64,000 bases of DNA, from the NCBI GenBank assembly GCA_964016885.1, contig OZ024751.1:1-64000 (forward strand), read 5' to 3'. Below the pieces are notes generated by a model. That model had not been told where the DNA came from, ran no database searches, and worked only from the letters and a program-made list of their open reading frames with translations. Below, piece after piece: positions 52,601 through 64,000 of the stretch (the first letter of the stretch is position 1; every line of letters begins with the position of its first letter). A program made the position numbers and the translations under genes. This DNA comes from Eledone cirrhosa. Taxonomy: Eukaryota.

Positions 52601-55600
52601 TACAACCTTACTCCAATGACTCTACTGTATAATATCACCCCCACACTCCCATCTATCTAGTTACAACCTTACTCCAATGACTCTACTGTACAATATCACC
52701 CCCACACCACCGTCTATCTAGTTACAACCTTACTCCAATGACTCTACTGTACAATATCACCCCCACACTCCCATCTATCTAGTTACAACCTTACTCCAAT
52801 GACTCTACTGTACAATATCACCCCCACACCACCGTCTATCTAGTTACGACCTTACTCCAATGACTCTACTGTACAATATCACCCCCACACTACCGTCTAT
52901 CTAGTTACAACCTTACTCCAATGACTCTACTGTACAATATCACCCCCACACCACCATCTATCTAGTTACAACCTTACTCCAATGAATCTACTGTACAATA
53001 TCACCCCCACACCCCCACCTATCTAGTTACAACCTTACTCCAATGACTCTACTGTACAATATCACCCCCACACTCCCATCTATCTAGTTACAACCTTACT
53101 CCAATGACTCTACTGTACAATATCACCCCACACCACCGTCTATCTAGTTACGACCTTACTCCAATGACTCTACAGTACAATATCACCCCCACACCCCCAC
53201 CTATCTAGTTACAACCTTACTCCAATGACTCTACTGTACAATATCACCCCCACACTCCCACCTATCTAGTTACAACCTTACTCCAATGACTCTACTGTAC
53301 AATATCACCCCCACACCACCATCTATCTAGTTACAACCTTACTCCAATGACTCTACTGTACAATATCACCCCCACACTCCCATCTATCTAGTTACAACCT
53401 AACTCCAATGACTTTACTGTACAATATCACCCCCACACCACCGTCTATCTAGTTACAACCTTACTCCAATGACTCTACTGTACAATATCACCCCCACACC
53501 ACCGTCTATCTAGTTACAACCTTACTCCAATGACTCTACTGTACAATATCACCCCCACACCACCGTCTATCTAGTTACAACCTTACTCCAATGACTCTAC
53601 TGTACAATATCACCCCCACACCACCGTCTATCTAGTTACGACCTTACTCCAATGACTCTACTGTACAATATCACCCCCACACTCCCATCTATCTAGTTAC
53701 AACCTTACTCCAATGACTCTACTGTACAATATCACCCCCACACCACCGTCTATCTAGTTACAACCTTACTCCAATGACTCTACTGTACAATATCACCCCC
53801 ACACCACCGTCTATCTAGTTACAACCTTACTCCAATGACTCTACTGTACAATATCACCCCCACACCACCGTCTATCTAGTTACGACCTTACTCCAATGAC
53901 TCTACTGTACAATATCACCCCCACACCCCCACCTATCTAGTTACAACCTTACTCCAATGACTCTACTGTATAATATCACCCCCACACTCCCATCTATCTA
54001 GTTACAACCTTACTCCAATGACTCTACTGTACAATATCACCCCCACACCACCGTCTATCTAGTTACAACCTTACTCCAATGACTCTACTGTACAATATCA
54101 CCCCCACACTCCCATCTATCTAGTTACAACCTTACTCCAATGACTCTACTGTACAATATCACCCCCACACCACCGTCTATCTAGTTACGACCTTACTCCA
54201 ATGACTCTACTGTACAATATCACCCCCACACTACCGTCTATCTAGTTACAACCTTACTCCAATGACTCTACTGTACAATATCACCCCCACACCACCATCT
54301 ATCTAGTTACAACCTTACTCCAATGAATCTACTGTACAATATCACCCCCACACCCCCACCTATCTAGTTACAACCTTACTCCAATGACTCTACTGTACAA
54401 TATCACCCCCACACTCCCATCTATCTAGTTACAACCTTACTCCAATGACTCTACTGTACAATATCACCCCACACCACCGTCTATCTAGTTACGACCTTAC
54501 TCCAATGACTCTACAGTACAATATCACCCCCACACCCCCACCTATCTAGTTACAACCTTACTCCAATGACTCTACTGTACAATATCACCCCCACACTCCC
54601 ACCTATCTAGTTACAACCTTACTCCAATGACTCTACTGTACAATATCACCCCCACACCACCATCTATCTAGTTACAACCTTACTCCAATGACTCTACTGT
54701 ACAATATCACCCCCACACTCCCATCTATCTAGTTACAACCTAACTCCAATGACTTTACTGTACAATATCACCCCCACACCACCGTCTATCTAGTTACAAC
54801 CTTACTCCAATGACTCTACTGTACAATATCACCCCCACACCACCGTCTATCTAGTTACAACCTTACTCCAATGACTCTACTGTACAATATCACCCCCACA
54901 CCACCGTCTATCTAGTTACAACCTTACTCCAATGACTCTACTGTACAATATCACCCCCACACCACCGTCTATCTAGTTACGACCTTACTCCAATGACTCT
55001 ACTGTACAATATCACCCCCACACTCCCATCTATCTAGTTACAACCTTACTCCAATGACTCTACTGTACAATATCACCCCCACACCACCGTCTATCTAGTT
55101 ACAACCTTACTCCAATGACTCTACTGTACAATATCACCCCCACACCACCGTCTATCTAGTTACAACCTTACTCCAATGACTCTACTGTACAATATCACCC
55201 CCACACCACCGTCTATCTAGTTACGACCTTACTCCAATGACTCTACTGTACAATATCACCCCCACACCCCCACCTATCTAGTTACAACCTTACTCCAATG
55301 ACTCTACTGTATAATATCACCCCCACACTCCCATCTATCTAGTTACAACCTTACTCCAATGACTCTACTGTACAATATCACCCCCACACCACCGTCTATC
55401 TAGTTACAACCTTACTCCAATGACTCTACTGTACAATATCACCCCCACACTCCCATCTATCTAGTTACAACCTTACTCCAATGACTCTACTGTACAATAT
55501 CACCCCCACACCACCGTCTATCTAGTTACGACCTTACTCCAATGACTCTACTGTACAATATCACCCCCACACTACCGTCTATCTAGTTACAACCTTACTC

Positions 55601-58600
55601 CAATGACTCTACTGTACAATATCACCCCCACACCACCATCTATCTAGTTACAACCTTACTCCAATGAATCTACTGTACAATATCACCCCCACACCCCCAC
55701 CTATCTAGTTACAACCTTACTCCAATGACTCTACAGTACAATATCACCCCCACACCCCCACCTATCTAGTTACAACCTTACTCCAAAGACTCTACTGTAC
55801 AATATCAGCCACACACCACCATCTATCTAGTTACAACCTTACTCCAATGACTCTACTGTACAATATCACCCCCACACCACCATCTATCTAGTTACAACCT
55901 TACTCCAAAGACTCTACTGTACAATATCACCCCCACACTCCCACCTATCTAGTTACAACCTTACTCCAATGACTCTACTGTACAATATCACCCCCACACC
56001 ACCGTCTATCTAGTTACAACCTTACTCCAATGACTCTACTGTACAATATCACCCCCACACCACCACCTTTCTAGTTACAACCTTACTCCAATGACTCTAC
56101 GGTACAATATCACCCCCACGACCCAATCTATCTAGTTACAACCTTACTCCAATGACTCTACTGTACAATATCACCCCCACACCACCATCTATCTAGTTAC
56201 AACCTTACTCCAATGACTCTACTGTACAATATCACCCCCACACCACCGTCTATCTAGTTACGACCTTACTCCAATGACTCTACAGTACAATATCACCCCC
56301 ACACCCCCACCTATCTAGTTACAACCTTACTCCAATGACTCTACTGTACAATATCACCCCCACACTCCCACCTATCTAGTTACAACCTTACTCCAATGAC
56401 TCTACTGTACAATATCACCCCCACACCACCATCTATCTAGTTACAACCTTACTCCAATGACTCTACTGTACAATATCACCCCCACACTCCCATCTATCTA
56501 GTTACAACCTTACTCCAATGACTCTACTGTACAATATCACCCCCACACCACCGTCTATCTAGTTACGACCTTACTCCAATGACTCTACTGTACAATATCA
56601 CCCCCACACCACCGTCTATCTAGTTACAACCTTACTCCAATGACTCTACTGTACAATATCACCCCCACACCACCGTCTATCTAGTTACAACCTTACTCCA
56701 ATGACTCTACTGTACAATATCACCCCCACACTCCCATCTATCTAGTTACAACCTTACTCCAATGACTCTACTGTACAATATCACCCCCACACCACCGTCT
56801 ATCTAGTTACGACCTTACTCCAATGACTCTACAGTACAATATCACCCCCACACCCCCACCTATCTAGTTACAACCTTACTCCAATGACTCTACTGTACAA
56901 TATCACCCCCACACTCCCACCTATCTAGTTACAACCTTACTCCAATGACTCTACTGTACAATATCACCCCCACACCACCATCTATCTAGTTACAACCTTA
57001 CTCCAATGACTCTACTGTACAATATCACCCCCACACTCCCATCTATCTAGTTACAACCTTACTCCAATGACTCTACTGTACAATATCACCCCCACACCAC
57101 CGTCTATCTAGTTACAACCTTACTCCAATGACTCTACTGTACAATATCACCCCCACACCACCGTCTATCTAGTTACAACCTTACTCCAATGACTCTACTG
57201 TACAATATCACCCCCACACCACCGTCTATCTAGTTACGACCTTACTCCAATGACTCTACTGTACAATATCACCCCCACACCACCATCTATCTAGTTACAA
57301 CCTTACTCCAATGACTCTACTGTACAGTATCACCCCCACACCACCATCTATCTAGTTACAACCTTACTCCAAAGACTCTACTGTACAATATCACCCCCAC
57401 ACTCCCACCTATCTAGTTACAACCTTACTCCAATGACTCTACTGTACAATATCACCCCCACACCACCGTCTATCTAGTTACAACCTTACTCCAATGACTC
57501 TACTGTACAATATCACCCCCACACCACCATCCTTCTAGTTACAACCTTACTCCAATGACTCTACGGTACAATATCACCCCCACGACCCAATCTATCTAGT
57601 TACAACCTTACTCCAATGACTCTACTGTACAATATCACCCCCACACCACCATCTATCTAGTTACAACCTTACTCCAATGACTCTACTGTACAATATCACC
57701 CCCACACCACCATCTATCTAGTTACAACCTTACTCCAATGACTCTACTGTACAATATCACCCCCACACTCCCATCTATCTAGTTACAACCTTACTCCAAT
57801 GACTCTACTGTACAATATCACCCCCACACCACCATCTATCTAGTTACAACCTTACTCCAATGACTCTACTGTACAATATCACCCCCACACCACCATCTAT
57901 CTAGTTACAACCTTACTCCAATGACTCTACTGTACAGTATCACCCCCACACCACCATCTATCTAGTTACAACCTTACTCCAAAGACTCTACTGTACAATA
58001 TCACCCCCACACTCCCACCTATCTAGTTACAACCTTACTCCAATGACTCTACTGTACAATATCACCCCCACACCACCGTCTATCTAGTTACAACCTTACT
58101 CCAATGACTCTACTGTACAATATCACCCCCACACCACCATCCTTCTAGTTACAACCTTACTCCAATGACTCTACGGTACAATATCACCCCCACGACCCAA
58201 TCTATCTAGTTACAACCTTACTCCAATGACTCTACTGTACAATATCACCCCCACACCACCATCTATCTAGTTACAACCTTACTCCAATGACTCTACTGTA
58301 CAATATCACCCCCACACCACCATCTATCTAGTTACAACCTTACTCCAATGACTCTACTGTACAATATCACCCCCACACTCCCATCTATCTAGTTACAACC
58401 TTACTCCAATGACTCTACTGTACAATATCACCCCCACACCACCATCTATCTAGTTACAACCTTACTCCAATGACTCTACTGTACAATATCACCCCCACAC
58501 TCCCATCTATCTAGTTACAACCTTACTCCAATGACTCTACTGTACAATATCACCCCCACACCACCGTCTATCTAGTTACAACCTTACTCCAATGACTCTA

Positions 58601-60657
58601 CTGTACAATATCACCCCCACACCACCGTCTATCTAGTTACAACCTTACTCCAATGACTCTACTGTACAATATCACCCCCACACCACCGTCTATCTAGTTA
58701 CGACCTTACTCCAATGACTCTACTGTACAATATCACCCCCACACCACCGTCTATCTAGTTACAACCTTACTCCAATGACTCTACTGTACAATATCACCCC
58801 CACACCACCGTCTATCTAGTTACAACCTTACTCCAATGACTCTACTGTACAATATCACCCCCACACTCCCATCTATCTAGTTACAACCTTACTCCAATGA
58901 CTCTACTGTACAATATCACCCCCACACCACCGTCTATCTAGTTACGACCTTACTCCAATGACTCTACAGTACAATATCACCCCCACACCGCCACCTATCT
59001 AGTTACAACCTTACTCCAATGACTCTACTGTACAATGTCACCCCCACACTCCCATCTATCTAGTTACAACCTTACTCCAATGCCTCTACTGTACAATATC
59101 ACCCCCACACCACCATCTATCTAGTTACAACCTTACTCCAATGACTCTACTGCACAATATCACCCCCACACTCCCATCTATCTAGTTACAACCTTACTCC
59201 AATGACTCTACTGTACAATATCACCCCCACACCACTGTCTATCTAGTTACAACCTTACTCCAATGACTCTACTGTACAATATCACCCCCACACCACCGTC
59301 TATCTAGTTACAACCTTACTCCAATGACTCTACTGTACAATATCACCCCCACACCACCATCTATCTAGTTACGACCTTACTCCAATGACTCTACTGTACA
59401 ATATCACCCCCACACCACCGTCTATCTAGTTACAACCTTACTCCAATGACTCTACTGTACAATATCACCCCCACACCATCGTCTATCTCGTTACAACCTT
59501 ACTCCAATGACTCTACTGTACAATATCACCCCCACACTCCCATCTATCTAGTTACAACCTTACTCCAATGACTCTACTGTACAATATCACCCCCACACCA
59601 CCGTCTATCTAGTTACGACCTTACTCCAATGACTCTACTGTACAATATCACCCCCACACCACCGTCTATCTAGTTACGACCTTACTCCAATGACTCTACA
59701 GTACAATATCACCCCCACACCCCCACCTATCTAGTTACAACCTTACTCCAATGACTCTACTGTACAATATCACCCCCACACCACCGTCTATCTAGTTACA
59801 ACCTTACTCCAATGACTACTGTACAATATCACCCCCACACTCCCATCTATCTAGTTACAACCTTACTCCAATGACTCTACTGTACAATATCACCCCCACA
59901 CTCCCATCTATCTAGTTACAACCTTACTCCAATGACTCTACTGTACAATATCACCCCCACACTCCCATCTATCTAGTTACAACCTTACTCCAATGACTCT
60001 ACTGTACAATATCACCCCCACACCACCATCTATCTAGTTACAACCTTACTCCAATGACTCTACTGTACAATATCACCCCCACACCACCATCTATCTAGTT
60101 ACAACCTTACTCCAATGACTCTACTGTACAATATCACCCCCACACTCCCATCTATCTAGTTACAACCTTACTCCAATGACTCTACTGTACAATATCACCC
60201 CCACACCACCGTCTATCTAGTTACGACCTTACTCCAATGACTCTACTGTACAATATCACTCCCACACTCCCATCTATCTAGTTACAACCTTACTCCAATG
60301 ACTCTACTGTACAATATCACCCCCACACCACCGTCTATCTAGTTACGACCTTACTCCAATGACTCTACTGTACAATATCACCCCCACCCCACCATCTATC
60401 TAGTTACAACCTTACTCCAATGACTCTACTGTACAATATCACCCCCACACCACCGTCTATCTAGTTACGACCTTACTCCAATGACTCTACTGTACAATAT
60501 CACCCCCACCCCACCATCTATCTAGTTACAACCTTACTCCAATGACTCTACTCTACAATATCACCCCCACACCACCATCTATCTAGTTACAACCTTACTC
60601 CAATGACTCTACTGTACAATATCACTCCCACACCACCATCTATCTAGTTAGAACCTT
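43681..60657 (+). repeat. 61-bp satellite array B, roughly 278 copies, with higher-order repeats
   Basis: Monomer CTATCTAGTTACAACCTTACTCCAATGACTCTACTGTACAATATCACCCCCACACCACC(G/A)T. Marker variants recur at 1341, 610 and 7193 bp. Confidence 0.97.
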
Positions 60658-60662
60658 TTTAC

Positions 60663-61090
60663 AAATTACCTGCATCAGTTGTTAGCTGTGAGGACACTGC
60701 ATCCTTCAAAACTTCCATGCTTCCCGAAATTCGCCAACACTACACCTGATATTTCCCCTCCATACATACGCATGCATGTCTGACTCATACACTGTTCACT
60801 TTCCTGACATTTGTACATTATTCTGTGGATTGGCAGTATCGGTAGAGGGTCGGACGCCATGCTTTGCAGCATAGAGTTACGGCCCTTTATGATCTGAATT
60901 CAAATCCCGCCTAGGTTAACTTTACCTTTCATCCTTACGGGGTCGATAAAATAAAGTACAAGTAATGTACTGGGTAATTGGTGGCCTTGTGCCAAAAGTA
61001 GAAACAATTATTCTATGTACTATACATGTACCTTTGATGAGTTGTAGTGCACCTGAGCACCGTACACAATAATTTTCATTATTATTATTA
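60663..61090 (+). mobile_element. 3' end of a CR1/L2-group LINE interrupted by a SINE
   Basis: KLPASVVSCEDTASFKTSMLPEIRQHYT* resembles the (WN)xLP..VV....SFK C-terminus of CR1-group ORF2. (ATT)n tail at ~61078-61090. Confidence 0.65.
60825..61006 (+). mobile_element. tRNA-derived SINE (family 2) with ATTATTCT target-site duplication
   Basis: Close copy of 13577-13759. ATTATTCT at 60817-60824 and 61007-61014. Confidence 0.88.
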
Positions 61091-61172
61091 TAGATCTCTC
61101 TGTCTACTAAACAATTTCACCACTACATCACCAGTATTGATGGGTTGGTATCAAAATAGGAAAGTAACTTAC

Positions 61173-61286
61173 TTGAGTGGAATAACTGCGGATTTTTTGC
61201 CCATCTTCAGTGTAAAAATGAAACCTTCAGTGGCAATGAAGAGGAACTGACTGAAAGTTATAATGTTACCACTACTGGGAATTTCA
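61173..61286 (-). CDS. SLC35B4: Internal coding exon of an SLC35B4-like nucleotide-sugar (UDP-Xyl/UDP-GlcNAc) transporter
   Basis: Minus strand reads tatatttcAG|T GAA ATT CCC...CCA CTC AA|GTAAGT, 114 bp, phase 2-2. It encodes EIPSSGNIITFSQFLFIATEGFIFTLKMGKKSAVIPL, colinear with human SLC35B4 KHPGCGNIVTFAQFLFIAVEGFLFEADLGRKPPAIPI as recalled from memory. It is absent from the ORF track. Confidence 0.88.
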
Positions 61287-61354
61287 CTGAAATATAACAA
61301 CAATATGACAATATTGAATCAATAATAGGAATATATAAATACAATAAAATTAAT

Positions 61355-62205
61355 GTATTACAGAAGATAAAGAACTGGGGATAGAAAGATATAGAATATA
61401 TCATAGTTGATATAGAACTGGGGGATAGAATGATATAAGATATATGTTATAGAAGATGTAGACCTGGTAATAGAAACATATGACATGTCATAGATAATAT
61501 AGAACTGGGAATAGAAAGATGTAAGCTATGTGTTGTAGAAGATATAAAACTGGAGATAGAAAGATATAGGATGTGTTATAGAAAATGTAGGGCTGGTGAT
61601 AGAAAGATATGTGTTATAGAGGATATAGAACTGGTGATAGAAAGATATAGGGTGTGTGTTATAGAGGATATAGAACTGGTGATAGAAAGATATGGGGTGT
61701 GTGTTATAGAGGATATAGAACTGGTGATAGAAAGATATAGGGTGTGTGTTATAGAGGATATAGAACTGGTGATAGAAAGATATAGGGTGTGTGTTAAAGA
61801 GGATATAGAACTGGTGATAGAAAGATATCGGGTGTGTGTTATAGAGGATATAGAACTAGTGATAGAAAGATATGAGGTGTGTGTTATAGAGGATATAGAA
61901 CTAGTGATAGAAAGATATGGGGTGTGTGTTATAGAGGATATAGAACTGGTGATAGAAAGATATGGGGTGTGTGTTATAGAGGATATAGAACTGGTGATAG
62001 AAAGATATAGGGTGTGTGTTATAGAGGATATAGAACTGGTGATAGAAAGATATGGGGTGTGTGTTATAGAGGATATAGAACTGGTGATAGAAAGATATAG
62101 TGCGTGTATTACAGATGATATAGAGCTGGGGATAGAAAGATATAAGATATGTGTTACAGAAGATACAGAATTGGTAATAGGAAGATATAGGACATGGGTT
62201 ATAGA
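61355..62205 (+). repeat. 45-bp minisatellite, ~11 homogeneous copies (61607-62100) with degenerate flanking copies
   Basis: Unit GGATATAGAACTGGTGATAGAAAGATATAGGGTGTGTGTTATAGA. Confidence 0.92.
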
Positions 62206-62489
62206 TTATCCATCCATGGGCCCTGAACTCTTGATTGATAGAATCATGAATACATCATGAGACTTGAATACATCATGAGACCATTTTAAACCTGGTAGAG
62301 CCCATCCTGAACACAGCCAATTTCTTCCAGGGAGAGTGAGAGAGAGAAGTGAGAAAAAGATACAGAGCTAATTTCTTTTAGAGAGAGTGAGAGAGAGAGA
62401 AGTGAGAAAGAAATAATGAGCTAATTTCTTAGAGAGAGCGAGAGAGAGTCGATGTCAAGACTGATACTTTATTTATTTACTTTGAAAAA

Positions 62490-63330
62490 GAATGAACCAC
62501 ACCCCAAATATCTTAGTGTAACATTGGATGGTAGCCTGACCTACCGAGAGCATCTAAAGAGGGCTGCCGGAAAGCTCAAGACCAAGATTAATATCATTCA
62601 CAAGTTGGCAGGAAACAGCTGGGGGTCTGATGCACACACACTTTGTATTGCATGCTTAGCTTAGCTCTTACATACTCAGTTGCAGAGTACTGTTCACTGG
62701 TCTGGCCAGGGAGCTGTCATGCCAAGAAAGTTGACACCATCCTCAACTCGGCAATGTAAACAGTATCTGGCACATTGAAATCTACACCTATTCAGTGGTT
62801 ACCTACTCTTTCTCATACAGCTCCTTCACACATGCAGCATCAGGAGATGATCCACGAGGCAGCACTTCTTACCAAGTCCAAGCCTGACCTTCCCATCCAT
62901 GAAAACTTGGAAAACCTTCCCAACATGCACTTGAAATCACACAAACTATTCTGGGAATCAATGAAGACCCTTCAGGACAACTTTGATCTGAAGGAAGAGT
63001 GGCAAAGATCATGAAATGAGTCCAAATTTGCCAACCAACACCTCATCCAAGACCCCCCATCTAAACCAGCCAGCAAGCAATAATCTGATCCACACAACAC
63101 ATGCCAGGACAGTCCATCATCTTCACCAATGGAAAATGAAAGACAGCCCAGCATGTGACTGTGACGACCCTGACCAGACAGTGCTGCATGTTGTTTGGGT
63201 TTGCCCCTTCAGACGTTTTCCCAGTAGCCTGGAGGCAATCAATAATGTTGCAGTTTGTGCCTTGATCTGGTTTGCTGGTCTTGAACTGCCTCTCTAATTA
63301 TTGTGTATATGTCATACGACAAGAAGAAGA
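62490..63330 (+). mobile_element. 5'-truncated non-LTR retrotransposon, Vingi/Ingi-like, decayed
   Basis: PKYLSVTLDGSLTYREHL, KLAGNSWGSDAHTL, YSVAEYCSLVW, SGTLKSTPIQWLP and a C-terminal CDC..QTVLHVVWVCP (CCHC). No RNase H is visible. Short 3' end CATACGACAAGAAGAAG. Confidence 0.78.
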
Positions 63331-63842
63331 CGAATTGGCCTTGGCAAGATTTGAACTCAGAGAGATGGAATGAATACTACAAAGCATTCTATCCAACATC
63401 CTAATGACTGTCAATTCACTGCCTCACCTGCAGCTTTACAGGAGGAAAGAAGAAGAAAGGAACCAATCATCAGATCAGACCAAGTGTACAATGTTTTCTT
63501 TGATCTTTTCATTGCTGATACTATCTGTCAGTCAAAACTTCTGACAGAAAAAAGGGGCTGATCATCAGATAAGACCAATGCAGTTATGTTTCCTTTGATC
63601 ATTCCATTGCTGGTACTTCTTTGTTAGATACAATTTCTGGCAGAAGAAGGGAGCCAGTTGTTAGATCAAACCAAAGAAACAATGTTTCCATTAGTCTTTC
63701 CATTGCTGATACTATCTGCCAGTTGTACCTCCAGGCAGAACGAGGTGGGGTTTGAACTAAGAACATGTATAGCAAAATCAGACAATACAACAAAGCATCC
63801 CATCCAACTCTTAAACAGCTCTGCCAAACCATCGTCCCCTAG

Positions 63843-63935
63843 ATTGGTACTTTATTTATAAACCCCAAAAGTAGGAAAGGTAAAATTGATCTCAACGGGA
63901 TTTGAACTCAAGTATTTAATCCGCTGCTCTAATGC
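63843..63935 (-). mobile_element. Decayed family-2 SINE fragment
   Basis: Reverse complement contains GAGTTCAAATCCCG..ACCTTTCCTACTTTTGGGGTTTATAAATAAAGTACCA. Confidence 0.6.
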
Positions 63936-64000
63936 CAACTGTGAAGGGGCCTGACCAATTGGTGAGAGTATTGAACTTATGATCATAATGTTGTGGATTC

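Noticed and set aside
26344-60657. CRISPR-like array
   Set aside because: Units are head-to-tail with no unique spacers, there are no cas genes, and the context is eukaryotic.
61571-62260. 229-aa ORF (VCVIEDIELVIERYR)n
   Set aside because: It is a translation of the 45-bp minisatellite, antisense to the real exon, with no domain evidence.

Overview
AT-rich, repeat-saturated eukaryotic (metazoan) genomic DNA. The SINE/LINE mix looks cephalopod/octopus-like, which is an inference from recalled repeat families and not a search result. No prokaryotic features are present. The only host-gene signal is one 114-bp coding exon on the minus strand (61173-61286) that resembles exon 2 of the nucleotide-sugar transporter SLC35B4. 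No further exon was seen, so positions 1-61172 may be a single intron of more than 61 kb. That region holds decayed RTE-clade LINEs with a PHD-type zinc finger inserted inside the RT domain, tRNA-derived SINEs, MITE-like hairpins, many (TA)n tracts, a CR1-like LINE end, and three large tandem arrays: a 13-bp array (~6.9 kb), a 66/69-bp array (~15.6 kb) and a 61-bp array (~17 kb). A Vingi-like LINE fragment and a 45-bp minisatellite lie beyond the exon. The main unexplained signal is in the first 18 kb: a dense set of sequence-unrelated, (TA)n-bounded short elements carrying type I hammerhead ribozyme motifs, arranged as partial tandem repeats or fold-backs, resembling retrozymes or Penelope-like pseudo-LTRs. 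Two other signals stand out: the 13-bp satellite appears to have been born inside a LINE zinc-finger coding sequence, and the two larger satellites are diverged sisters separated by a LINE. The very long ORFs in the track are artefacts of repeat composition.
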